Positions 35,771 through 45,459 of a DNA stretch of 64,000 bases are shown in pieces (within the stretch, counting starts at the first letter, position 1; every line of letters begins with the position of its first letter). The translations under genes were made by a program, and so were the position numbers. The notes below the pieces were generated by a model. It worked only from the letters and a program-made list of their open reading frames with translations, did no database searches and was not told where the DNA came from. The stretch spans positions 43,282 to 107,281 of the IMG/VR virus record IMGVR_UViG_3300010413_000020, one strand, 5' to 3'. The DNA comes from a virus.

Positions 35771-37572
35771 TGGCGGGAACACAAACATTTGGCAAATATT
35801 TGATAAATCAAAATTTGCCTTCCAATTATTCTGTTCAAGAAGAAATGGGTAAACAAAATTTTAAAGAACAGATGAATAGACTGGCTAGAGAAAATCCTAA
35901 TCAGTATGTAGAAACAATTTCGAAATTAAAAAGATTGGGAGATGAGTTAGCAACTACTGAAGGTCTCTCAATTGGCTTAGATGATATTGCACCGAATTAT
36001 AAAGAGCGAGATAAGATTTTAGCGCCTCTCCAGAAAAAATTTAATTTAGCGGGTTCGGATGACCGTAAACGTGCAATTGTAGAGGAAGCTCAAGAAAAAT
36101 TAGTAAATCATGCAATGCAGCACAAGGGTTCCTTAACACTTCAGGTTAAAAGTGGAGCTCGAGGTAAGCCAGTGCAATATGGAATGATTGTTAGTGGTTT
36201 AGGTTATGCTCGAGATCCTATGAATGGAAAATCGGTTCCGTGGTTGATTGGTAAGTCATTTGCAGAAGGTTTGAAACCGTCAGACTACTGGGCGCAAACC
36301 GGGCAATCTGTCATGGATGTCGTTCGAACATACACTGCAATTTCAGAACCCGGAGAGTTGTCTAAGAAACTTATAAGCTCTATGACGGACCTTGTTGTCA
36401 CAGAAGATGATTGTGGAACATCGAATGGTATTTTAATGGATGCTACTTCACCAGATGCAGTGGACAGATACTTGGCTAAAGATGTAGGTCCATTTAAAAG
36501 AAATCTTCTTATTACTCCAACAATACAACCTAAATTAGCGAGAACAGCCAAACAGATATTGGTACGTTCACCAATGACTTGTGAAGCAGCTGATGGTGTT
36601 TGTCAAAAATGCCAAGGACTGGACGAAAAAGGTTCTCCCCATCCTTTAGGTGTCAATGTAGGGGTGCGTGCGGCTCAGGCCATGGCCGAACCGCTGACAC
36701 AATTTGCCCTCAATGCAAAACACGGCGGAAGAACATTAAAATCCGATAAGTTTCAAGTTCATGGAATTTCAGGTTTTCGACAAATCATTGAGACTCCGCG
36801 GCAGTTTGTTAATAAAGCTACACTTGCGAATCGCACAGGTAAAGTAACAAAGATAGAGGAAGCTCCGCAAGGGGGTTACAATGTAAATATCGAAAATGAT
36901 GTGCATTATATTCCTCCTAATTTGGGGCTTAAAGTCAAACGAGGACAGACCGTTGAAACAGGAGATGTTTTAAGCGAAGGAATTCCTAAGCCTGATGAAG
37001 TTGTTCGTTACCGAGGACTTGGAGCAGGACGTTTATATATGGTAGACGTTCTCAAGAATCTATATAAAGGGCAAGGCAAAGATTTAGACCAACGACATTT
37101 TGAACTCTTGGCGAAAAGTGGGATGAATCATGTACGTATTATGAATGACCCTTCTCATAGATTTATTAAGGGCGATATTGTGAATTACAATACTCTTCGT
37201 GCAGAGTTAAGTAGAGAAGCTAGAGAGAAAGATTTAAAAGAAGCTCTCGGAGATACCCTTGGAAAAGAATATTATCAATTTGCCGTAGGTACTCGAATTA
37301 CTCCTCGAATAGCAAATGAGTTGAATAAACAAAATGTTAAAAAAGTTATGGTTGCTCCTAGGGCTCCTGAAGTAACTTTTGTTATGAAGCCTGCTACAAC
37401 AATTCCTAAATTGAATCCTGATTGGATGGCAAGATTGTCACACCAAGGATTGAAGTCTTCAATTCTTCAAGCGGCACACACAGGTGAAATTGCCAATATT
37501 CATGGAGTTCATCCTGTTCCTGCGTATGTATATGGAGTAGAATTTGGACAAGGTACTAAGGGACGTTACTAA
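35770..37572 (+). CDS. RNA polymerase beta' C-terminal half
   Basis: SGARG, GLKPSDYW, EPGELSKKL, VTEDDCGT, VRSPMTC..GVCQKCQG, GVRAAQAMAEPLTQ, DQRHFELL. Confidence 0.9.
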   Translation: MAGTQTFGKYLINQNLPSNYSVQEEMGKQNFKEQMNRLARENPNQYVETISKLKRLGDELATTEGLSIGLDDIAPNYKERDKILAPLQKKFNLAGSDDRKRAIVEEAQEKLVNHAMQHKGSLTLQVKSGARGKPVQYGMIVSGLGYARDPMNGKSVPWLIGKSFAEGLKPSDYWAQTGQSVMDVVRTYTAISEPGELSKKLISSMTDLVVTEDDCGTSNGILMDATSPDAVDRYLAKDVGPFKRNLLITPTIQPKLARTAKQILVRSPMTCEAADGVCQKCQGLDEKGSPHPLGVNVGVRAAQAMAEPLTQFALNAKHGGRTLKSDKFQVHGISGFRQIIETPRQFVNKATLANRTGKVTKIEEAPQGGYNVNIENDVHYIPPNLGLKVKRGQTVETGDVLSEGIPKPDEVVRYRGLGAGRLYMVDVLKNLYKGQGKDLDQRHFELLAKSGMNHVRIMNDPSHRFIKGDIVNYNTLRAELSREAREKDLKEALGDTLGKEYYQFAVGTRITPRIANELNKQNVKKVMVAPRAPEVTFVMKPATTIPKLNPDWMARLSHQGLKSSILQAAHTGEIANIHGVHPVPAYVYGVEFGQGTKGRY

Positions 37573-37574
37573 TT

Positions 37575-38144
37575 ATGCCCAACTTGTTTGAACAAGGTCA
37601 TTTTGAAATGTTGCAAGCCTTAGGTTTAACTAAGACTGCTGCTCCTATTATTTACAAAGCTCCCTTTCTTCGAAGGGCAGGATGGTGGCTTGGTAAAAAA
37701 TTGCCTCAATGGGGAAAAGCTCTTAAGGAAACAGCTATAGGAGAACCGAGAAAATTTTTAAGAGAGTTGGAACAGGGAAAAGCGTTTTCTAAAGGCAGCC
37801 TTATAAGAGAAAGTTATAAAGCTCCCGGTATTCTCAATAAAGTTTTTTGGTATGGTTTCCCCGCTTATGAAGGTTTGGAAATTTTGAGAGATCAAGACCC
37901 GAATAAGGCAGAACGCTTGGGAGGATTAATTGGTGGAACAGCATTAGGAATGGGGGCGTTTAAGCCTCTAGGAATGTTGGGATACATGGGTGCAGATTGG
38001 TTAGGTCATCGGTTAGGTTCGGGACTGGCCCGTACGGCTAAACATTTGGCAGGACCCGAAGTAAACCCACAAGGTCGTTGGGAATACCCGATACCTGAGG
38101 CACCACAATATTTCCAACCTCCAATGTATCCACCCTATGCATAA
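37575..38144 (+). CDS. Hypothetical virion protein
   Basis: N-terminal FEQGHFEMLQALGLTKTAA motif; Gly-rich hydrophobic C-half. Confidence 0.65.
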   Translation: MPNLFEQGHFEMLQALGLTKTAAPIIYKAPFLRRAGWWLGKKLPQWGKALKETAIGEPRKFLRELEQGKAFSKGSLIRESYKAPGILNKVFWYGFPAYEGLEILRDQDPNKAERLGGLIGGTALGMGAFKPLGMLGYMGADWLGHRLGSGLARTAKHLAGPEVNPQGRWEYPIPEAPQYFQPPMYPPYA

Positions 38145-38232
38145 AGGTATTAAAATAGGTCTTGGGTAAATGAATAAAGCGTCTTATACTTGCGGGTGAT
38201 ACTTGGAAAGGTGAAGTGGAGGTAAAAATATA

Positions 38233-38724
38233 ATGCATCCTACAATGTTGAAAGAGGCATATGCTTTTGGTGCTAAAACTGCTTTGCAGGAATTAGGATA
38301 TGATATGTCTTCGGCCAACGCCTTTTCCATTAAGTTAGCAGACGAAGGTATGAATCCAGTTTTAAAAGCGATTCTTGGAACTGGTTTAGGTTTAGCGGGA
38401 GGCGCGGCGTTAGGTGGTGGATTGGGTGCGGGAGCAACTGCTTTAGCTAAACAATTAGGTAAAAAGATTCCTAATCTATCTGCGTTGTCTTTAAAGACTC
38501 CCAACAGAATTAAGATACCGAAATTGAATATGACGGGAAGACAACAACGGAATCTTGGAACCCTTGTTCGCAATGCTACATCGGGTGCTGCTCTTGGAGG
38601 TCTTCCTGCGGAAGCCGAAAGAGCAGTTTTAAATAATGCATTATGGGGTAACGTTAACATAGGTGCCCGTGCTCTTGGAGGCATGGGGGCGCTTGCTGGT
38701 GGTGTTGGAGCATTAACTGATTAG
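38233..38724 (+). CDS. Gly/Ala-rich hypothetical virion protein
   Basis: GGAGG RBS; AYAFGAKTALQELGY; glycine-zipper segments. Confidence 0.65.
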   Translation: MHPTMLKEAYAFGAKTALQELGYDMSSANAFSIKLADEGMNPVLKAILGTGLGLAGGAALGGGLGAGATALAKQLGKKIPNLSALSLKTPNRIKIPKLNMTGRQQRNLGTLVRNATSGAALGGLPAEAERAVLNNALWGNVNIGARALGGMGALAGGVGALTD

Positions 38725-38761
38725 AAACTAACGTCGTTAGACGAAGGACACGGAGGAAATA

Positions 38762-39814
38762 ATGGGACTCTTCAAAAGAGCACATATTCGCGGAATGGCT
38801 CACGAACTGACTCGACAAGGTATAGTTACTTGGCCGAGTAAAACAGCAGAAGAAGAAGCAGCAGATGGTTTAGCCGACGCCTTGGAAGAGGAAGAGGTAC
38901 CTGAAGTGACAGGAGAGGAAGGCTTAGACCCTGAGACAGCACAAGCAGCTCTCGACAAATTGGTGGAAGTAGCCGAGGAAATAGCAGCAAAAACAGGTAG
39001 CTATGACCCAAGCCTTACTAAAACCGCAGCTTCGACCTCTTATGAAGATGCTGCCAGCGATGCCGCTTGGTCCCTTATGGAAAAAGCTGCAGAAGAGACT
39101 GCGGTCGATTCCGGTCCTGATATGCCCGGACAATCTGCACCTACTCCGGATTTAGGTGCTACGGCGGAAGCCGAACAGGATGCTCGAAATGTTCCTTCGG
39201 CTGATTTGGTAGGACCACAAGGTACTTCCGATGTTGATACCTCTCCGGGCGCTGTTGGAGCGGAAGAGAAACAACCCGAACAACCCGGAGCTGAAGAAAG
39301 TCCTCCAACCGGCGAAGTAGCTAAAACCAGTAGTTTAGAATCGCTTCAATCCATGCTGCGAAAATTGGCTCGTGAAGAGTTCAATAAAGTTGCAGCAGAC
39401 GGCGCATCTCTTTCTGGGGGGTCTACACAAGGAAGTCCTCCTGTACCAAGACAAGATCTCAACGATAACCTCGTGATTCCCGGTGCTGTAGCTCCTTCTC
39501 AGGGACAAACGGGACAAAATGTTCCTGGAGCTGCTAATGTTGGTGTTACGATGAAACAACCAGCAGGAACTCCCGGACCAACGGCCCCGACCCCAAATAA
39601 ACCTGCGCAAGATGCGATGAAACAAGCTATGGCTATTCTTTCATCCACTCCAACAGGACGTTCTTTCTTGAAAAAGCTTTCCGAAGAGGCTGAAGCGGAA
39701 GAGGAAGAGGAGATGAGCGAGGAAGAGAAGGCCGAAAAGAAAGAGAAAGAGGAAAAGAAAGAAGCCCATGTAGCGTCTGTCCTCCAGGCTCTTGCACAAG
39801 CTGTAGCTCTTTAA
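38762..39814 (+). CDS. Acidic, Pro-rich head protein (scaffold/internal protein-like)
   Basis: 350 aa, low complexity, many K-x-A sites, GGAGG RBS. Confidence 0.6.
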   Translation: MGLFKRAHIRGMAHELTRQGIVTWPSKTAEEEAADGLADALEEEEVPEVTGEEGLDPETAQAALDKLVEVAEEIAAKTGSYDPSLTKTAASTSYEDAASDAAWSLMEKAAEETAVDSGPDMPGQSAPTPDLGATAEAEQDARNVPSADLVGPQGTSDVDTSPGAVGAEEKQPEQPGAEESPPTGEVAKTSSLESLQSMLRKLAREEFNKVAADGASLSGGSTQGSPPVPRQDLNDNLVIPGAVAPSQGQTGQNVPGAANVGVTMKQPAGTPGPTAPTPNKPAQDAMKQAMAILSSTPTGRSFLKKLSEEAEAEEEEEMSEEEKAEKKEKEEKKEAHVASVLQALAQAVAL

Positions 39815-39901
39815 TCTTCTTAGAAACAGTCTTTCCTCTAACATAACTCCACAGTATAATTAGAATCGACTACCCTAGCGTAAAAAAGGGAGGATATTAT
39901 T

Positions 39902-42589
39902 ATGCCCGATGGATTTGCTATGTCGCCTCAAGTTCAGTCATTCGGAAATCCGCAAGGTGGACCCGAACAAGAAGAGCAAATGTTCAAGGAACGCTTTAAT
40001 CAGATGGCGTACCAAGTTCTTTTTTCTAAGTTTTCGGAACTTGCTCCGGATGTAATAACTTTTAAAATCCTCGAAGTTGATGTTGAGGAAGGAAGTGGTA
40101 TAGGGGTTTTTGTTATCAATTATCAACAACGGCCTATATACATTCCGGTAATTATGGTGGATAGCCGTTTGAAGCCAATGGAGATGTTCTATTTCAAAGA
40201 ATTGAATATCTTTTTGCCTTTGTCGATTCAATGGCTCGAGGAAATTTCTAAGATGACATTGGACGAACAAGGAGAGGGGGCGAAGTTACCTAAAGATGTT
40301 CCTCAAGATGTCAATATCCGAGATCTTGTTCTTCCCCCAATGACTACAACGGGGCGCATAGGTTATGCAAGTTTTGACCCGGATATTGATGCGAAACTTC
40401 TTTTTAAAGAAGCAGAAGATCATAGTCTGGAAATTCATCCCCAGTTTTTGAATGTTCTTCGTACTGCGCCCAAGGTTGTTTTGGATGGAGTTAAATTAGC
40501 TTTTCACCGAAATCCAAATCTCCTTCAAAAATTCGCATCAAACTACGGCACTCAACCACTAATTCAGGCAATGTCCGAAGGGTACGAGAATGCCAAAACT
40601 TTTGAAAAGACGGCGGCGTTAAATCCTGGCTGTGTACGCGTGTTGACTAAAGCAGCTAGTTCAGAGGAATTTTTAAAAGTATTTGGAAAAACTGCAGGTA
40701 TTGCGTTCACCGAAGCTCTTAGGAATGGGTTTGTTGCTAAAGATACGCGTCCAGGAATCACAAAGGTTGCAGTAAAAATGGAAGCACCCGCATTCCTAGA
40801 AGCACCGGGTCCTGAACCGGGTTGGCATAAAGTTTGGTTTGTAGATGGCAAGCCGGGTATTTACTTTGTAATTCCGTTTCCTAAAGATCCCGATGGTTAT
40901 GAAGTTAATCGCCCTGTTTGCGGGTCTGGATACGGTGGAAATCGACACCTAGACATGAGTTATTTACTAATCAGTAAAGATGGTAAAGAAGCGTGGACCA
41001 CTGACCAAGTAGTTGGACAACGTATCTACGATTTTGAAAATGACGATGCAGGCGTGGGTATTAAAGGATCGAAAATTTTCAATCTTCTTAATACCAATGC
41101 TAAAGGGGATAATCCTACTGCGCGGAGTTATGGATATTTCATCAATGTTTCAGGCCGTGGGATTGAAGCAACTAAACCTTTCCGTATTGAAACCATTACC
41201 CAAGATGGGGAAATAACAAGGATAGTGGGAGAATACGGTGATCCTAAGGTCGTCATTGATGGCGATCCTTCTCGGAAACGGATTAACGTATCAATGGGTG
41301 GCGGCATGATGTTCATGCCCAATACTGCTAAGTACGTTGAGATTATGAAAGTTCCCGCGCCTTCAGCAGACGGCAATGACCATCAAGCATGGCAAAAAGT
41401 TAGAGATTATCAACGAGAACGTAAGAGTTCGGTTGTGAAAGACCCCAAATTATTATTCCGTTGGATGAATCACATTTTACAAAAAGCCAAAGGGCTCCCT
41501 GTAAATGTTAAAAGTGCAGGTCTGAACCAGTGGTGGATAGCCGGAAATGACCGCGCTTTATACGTTGGAGAAGCTCTTGAAAAGGTAGCGAATCTTTACA
41601 ATATTTCTACTGAAGATGCTGCTGGAGTTCTTATTGACGCGCAGCGACACGGAATTTCTTCGGCACATATTTTGGATACGCAATCGGGAAGTTTGTTAAA
41701 GCAAGCTTTTGAAAAAATTGCTCAACCCATGCCGGAAGAAGGTCCGATGCAATATCAATCTCAACCCGGACAGCAAGAAGGCCTACCTCCTATGGGACAA
41801 GCCCCAATGCAACCAATGCAACAAGGTGAAATGCCTATGGGACAGGGAGCTCCTCCGTTTGATCCAATGCAGGGAGCTCCACCTCCTCAGTCTCCGATGA
41901 GTGCTACAGACTTAGCTATTGGAGAAGCTATACAGGGGCTGCAGCAACAGAATCAAACTATGCAGCAAGAAAACCAAGCACAGATGGCGCAGCTCCAACA
42001 GAAAATGGATATGGAGATGCAGCAGAACGAGCAACTTGTTGGAGTACTGCAAGGGATTCAGCAGAGATCTAATGAGCTTGAAGCAGCTACTAACGGTCAA
42101 ATCCCGATGGGAGCAGAACAGTCACCGGGTATCGCGGCACAGATGATTGCACCTACTCCGCCTCCTCCTCCTGAGCCGCCACCAACTCCTATGATGGACC
42201 AGGAGGGGTTGTCTCCGGAATTAATAGCAGACCAAATAAATCCTGCAATGGTTGATCAGGCAGCAAGTTTTCAAGACCAGGGAATGTTTGATACTGCGGC
42301 TATAGCAATGCTCGCCGCTGCGCCTGTGCTTCAGGATATCGTTGCTTCTTACGTTCCTAATATGGAAAAAGCTGTCGATAATTTAGGACGTGTTTTATTA
42401 ACTCTTTGGATGAAAGAAAATGAAACTAGAGAGGCATTAGGAGATGAAGAATTCATAAGTTTAGAAGATAAACTTCGAACAGTCTTTAAGAATATGGGTG
42501 ATGTGGTTTTATCTCTGAGTCATAATGCAATGGCAGTTCAAAGCGATGCAGATAAAGCTCAGATGATGATGCAGAACAGTCGTGGATGA
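39902..42589 (+). CDS. Large hypothetical virion protein (895 aa)
   Basis: GGAGG RBS, TATAAT at 39855, Gln/Pro/Met-rich region, K-x-A sites. Confidence 0.7.
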   Translation: MPDGFAMSPQVQSFGNPQGGPEQEEQMFKERFNQMAYQVLFSKFSELAPDVITFKILEVDVEEGSGIGVFVINYQQRPIYIPVIMVDSRLKPMEMFYFKELNIFLPLSIQWLEEISKMTLDEQGEGAKLPKDVPQDVNIRDLVLPPMTTTGRIGYASFDPDIDAKLLFKEAEDHSLEIHPQFLNVLRTAPKVVLDGVKLAFHRNPNLLQKFASNYGTQPLIQAMSEGYENAKTFEKTAALNPGCVRVLTKAASSEEFLKVFGKTAGIAFTEALRNGFVAKDTRPGITKVAVKMEAPAFLEAPGPEPGWHKVWFVDGKPGIYFVIPFPKDPDGYEVNRPVCGSGYGGNRHLDMSYLLISKDGKEAWTTDQVVGQRIYDFENDDAGVGIKGSKIFNLLNTNAKGDNPTARSYGYFINVSGRGIEATKPFRIETITQDGEITRIVGEYGDPKVVIDGDPSRKRINVSMGGGMMFMPNTAKYVEIMKVPAPSADGNDHQAWQKVRDYQRERKSSVVKDPKLLFRWMNHILQKAKGLPVNVKSAGLNQWWIAGNDRALYVGEALEKVANLYNISTEDAAGVLIDAQRHGISSAHILDTQSGSLLKQAFEKIAQPMPEEGPMQYQSQPGQQEGLPPMGQAPMQPMQQGEMPMGQGAPPFDPMQGAPPPQSPMSATDLAIGEAIQGLQQQNQTMQQENQAQMAQLQQKMDMEMQQNEQLVGVLQGIQQRSNELEAATNGQIPMGAEQSPGIAAQMIAPTPPPPPEPPPTPMMDQEGLSPELIADQINPAMVDQAASFQDQGMFDTAAIAMLAAAPVLQDIVASYVPNMEKAVDNLGRVLLTLWMKENETREALGDEEFISLEDKLRTVFKNMGDVVLSLSHNAMAVQSDADKAQMMMQNSRG

Positions 42590-43284
42590 GAAATGATGAC
42601 CCAGCTAGGCTATGGAATGAAGTCCGTGAAGCCTTAGAACAAGAGAAAGCTCCCAAGGAGCCCTTTTTAAAAGCTGTTTACGATGTAATGACGGGTAAAA
42701 TTAAAAATGAAGATATTGAAGAAGCTTTGGAGCTCATTAAAGTTGCGGAATACCGAGAACCAATAATGGCATATTTTTTGAGTGGGGCTACTATTAAAGA
42801 GATGGCTCAAAATCTTCATATGAGTGAAAAAGTATTACGTCACTTTGAAAAACTCATGATGGATCGAAGTGCATTTAAGCATAAGTTACACTGGCGGCGT
42901 TACGCTAAACAATATGCTGAAGCATGTGAAACAAAAGAGGGAAAAGCATTAGTCGAATCTGGAATGTTAATGGGACCTGTAGCTATATCTTTTCATTTAC
43001 AACATGGAAATGAGACACTTACAACAAGTGATAAAGAATTAGCGGAAAAATTAGCACAGACTTCTTTCTTTAAAGGATTAGTTGCTAGAGGTACAAATAT
43101 AACTTCCTTGGAAGCTCGAGAAGCACTTCGTTGGGCACAGTTGCACATGAAACAAGTAGCTGCTAAAGCTAATATTGACGACAGTGACGAATTAGAACAA
43201 GATGCGATGGCTGCAATCGAGCGTTTTGTTTCTACTAAAACACCAGAAGAACTGGGTGTAAAACCTGGAGAAATTTTGCATTAA
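42586..43284 (+). CDS. Hypothetical protein
   Basis: 232-aa ORF coupled by an ATGA overlap. Confidence 0.7.
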   Translation: MRNDDPARLWNEVREALEQEKAPKEPFLKAVYDVMTGKIKNEDIEEALELIKVAEYREPIMAYFLSGATIKEMAQNLHMSEKVLRHFEKLMMDRSAFKHKLHWRRYAKQYAEACETKEGKALVESGMLMGPVAISFHLQHGNETLTTSDKELAEKLAQTSFFKGLVARGTNITSLEAREALRWAQLHMKQVAAKANIDDSDELEQDAMAAIERFVSTKTPEELGVKPGEILH

Positions 43285-43295
43285 AGGGGTAGAGT

Positions 43296-44147
43296 ATGTG
43301 GACAAAATTACAATTTGAGAAGGCCGCAGAAAAAATTGGAGAACAATTTGTTGTTTCTTCCGGTGCTGAAAGTATCGATGACATGGCCGCTAAAGTTGCT
43401 GCAACTGAAGGGCTCAACCCTGATGGAATAAGAACAATGGTTCGTTTAGCTAACGTAAATGCTTTTGAGAAGTTATTTGCGAAAAGAGCTAAAGATGGGG
43501 CGGAAGACCGAATGATTGAATTTGATTTGGGAGATCCCGAAAAAGTTATCAATCGGCTTTATAAAGATGCCCAAGAAAAAGAAGAAAAACAACAACAAGA
43601 AAAGACTGCATCATATAATCATCAATTGGATTTCTTTGGAGATATTCCTAAAGAAACCATTCCTTTGGAAAAAATAGCGAGTGCCGTTCCTGGAGTAGAA
43701 ATTCAACCGAAAAAAGAACGAACCCTTCAGCCACATGAAGTTAAGTATGCTTTTTTACGTGCAGAGGATCGAATACGGGAACAATCACAACAAGCGACTT
43801 TTCGATGGGTAGACCAATTGGAAAAAGCAGCGCGATGCATTGTTGCTAAGGATAGTAATCCTGCTTATCGTACTCATTTTGAGAAAACAGCAGTTGCTCT
43901 TTTAGGAGAAAAGATAATTCCTGAATTAATGGCAATACAATTTTTGACAAATCCTACTGGAATGCAACCTAATGTTTTTAACGGGGAAAAAGTAGCTTCT
44001 GTTCTTGAACACCACGTAGCTAACCCTTCTCATGATGAGAAACCTATAATAGATATGATGAAGAAAGCTCAAGAAGCACGGGTCGAAGTTGAACGATGTG
44101 ATGCTGGGATTAAATGGATTGCAGATAATATGCCAGGAGGGCATTAA
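43296..44147 (+). CDS. Hypothetical head protein
   Basis: 283 aa; EKAAE, EKTAS, EKIAS, EKVAS motifs. Confidence 0.7.
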   Translation: MWTKLQFEKAAEKIGEQFVVSSGAESIDDMAAKVAATEGLNPDGIRTMVRLANVNAFEKLFAKRAKDGAEDRMIEFDLGDPEKVINRLYKDAQEKEEKQQQEKTASYNHQLDFFGDIPKETIPLEKIASAVPGVEIQPKKERTLQPHEVKYAFLRAEDRIREQSQQATFRWVDQLEKAARCIVAKDSNPAYRTHFEKTAVALLGEKIIPELMAIQFLTNPTGMQPNVFNGEKVASVLEHHVANPSHDEKPIIDMMKKAQEARVEVERCDAGIKWIADNMPGGH

Positions 44148-44830
44148 TGCCTGCTAAACCTCCACTGATTGTTAGATTAGCAGATCTCTTAGGAGAACGC
44201 TTGCCTGCTTTTCTTGCGAAACATCCTTCTTTAACCGCGGCGGGTGCGGGAATGGGATTAGGAGCATTAAGTATGCGTGGACCAGTACACCAAATGGAAG
44301 GACAATTAACGATGGAAAGGATGGGGCATCCTCAAGCGAAATACTCATCAGCTACATTGGCTGATTTCTCTAAGAAAAAAACGATTCTTGCTACCAAATT
44401 GGCGTTTACTAAATATGCCGATTTTGGAGAGGATATTTCAGGTGGATTTAGTGGTGGAGTAGGAAAAGGAATTGCAGCAGAGGGAATTGGCGCTATACGA
44501 AGACTCATAGGTATGACTGCTCAAGCTATAAAGGAAAAAACAATAAATGAACCGCAACGACAAACTATTGTTCAGAATATTATTGAGCAAGACCCTATTG
44601 TAAGTGGTTACGAACAACAACAACCGGGCATGTCTGCACAGGCCTTTCAAACAATGCGGCGTTTTGCCCCAGAATTAAGTACTGACCCCAATATTGTTCA
44701 AGCATTTTTGCGAAATGCTGCGATGACGGGGGGTGTTATGGATTATGCTACTATAAAAGGTCTCGCTGATGCAGAAGCGGCAGTACATAAGGCACAGAAC
44801 GAAGGCCAATGGTTGAAGGGAGGGTTCTAA
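44147..44830 (+). CDS. Hypothetical virion protein
   Basis: 227-aa coupled ORF. Confidence 0.7.
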   Translation: MPAKPPLIVRLADLLGERLPAFLAKHPSLTAAGAGMGLGALSMRGPVHQMEGQLTMERMGHPQAKYSSATLADFSKKKTILATKLAFTKYADFGEDISGGFSGGVGKGIAAEGIGAIRRLIGMTAQAIKEKTINEPQRQTIVQNIIEQDPIVSGYEQQQPGMSAQAFQTMRRFAPELSTDPNIVQAFLRNAAMTGGVMDYATIKGLADAEAAVHKAQNEGQWLKGGF

Positions 44831-44831
44831 A

Positions 44832-45050
44832 ATGGATAAAGAAGAACTCAAAATTATAAACGAATATCTTCCCGCTTCCGTCAAAGAAGCTGTTGCTAAT
44901 CACCAAACAGATAAGATAGTGATGGCAATGACGGGACTCCCTGATTTATCAATAGATAAAATAGCGGGATATTTTGGCGGACGCATGGCTGCACGGAGAT
45001 TAAAGTGGCGTCCTGTGTTCGAGGGACTAAATGCTCTGAAAAACCTGTAG
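44832..45050 (+). CDS. Hypothetical protein
   Basis: 72-aa ORF in operon, GGAGG RBS. Confidence 0.6.
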   Translation: MDKEELKIINEYLPASVKEAVANHQTDKIVMAMTGLPDLSIDKIAGYFGGRMAARRLKWRPVFEGLNALKNL

Positions 45051-45059
45051 GAGAATATT

Positions 45060-45458
45060 ATGTTGAGTTTCGCGACAGAGGTTTCTCAGCTTGTCCATTC
45101 TTTGGGGGAAATGGATAATCTAGCTGTGAAAATAGCCGCAGCAGAATCTGCACAAGCACAACACACTGTAGCAAAGGGTTCGGTAGCTCTTTACGATGTA
45201 ATTGTCAAAAAAGCGCAGGATTTGTCTAAAAAAGAGTTACCGGGGCATTTTAAGGTTGCATGGTGTATAAACCAGATGGCGGCGGCGTTAGGAAAGCCTC
45301 CGCTTACGGCAGATACAAACCTTAAAATTGCATCCGTTGTGGCAGTAGACGAAACACTTACCTCAATGCTGTCTGCTTATCCTAATGACCTTAAGTATGC
45401 AGAAGCTCGAGCATATGGTAGAGAATACCTAATGGAAATTTTACGGGGAGTCATTTAG
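45060..45458 (+). CDS. Hypothetical protein
   Basis: 132-aa ORF, AGGAG RBS. Confidence 0.65.
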   Translation: MLSFATEVSQLVHSLGEMDNLAVKIAAAESAQAQHTVAKGSVALYDVIVKKAQDLSKKELPGHFKVAWCINQMAAALGKPPLTADTNLKIASVVAVDETLTSMLSAYPNDLKYAEARAYGREYLMEILRGVI

Positions 45459-45459
45459 G

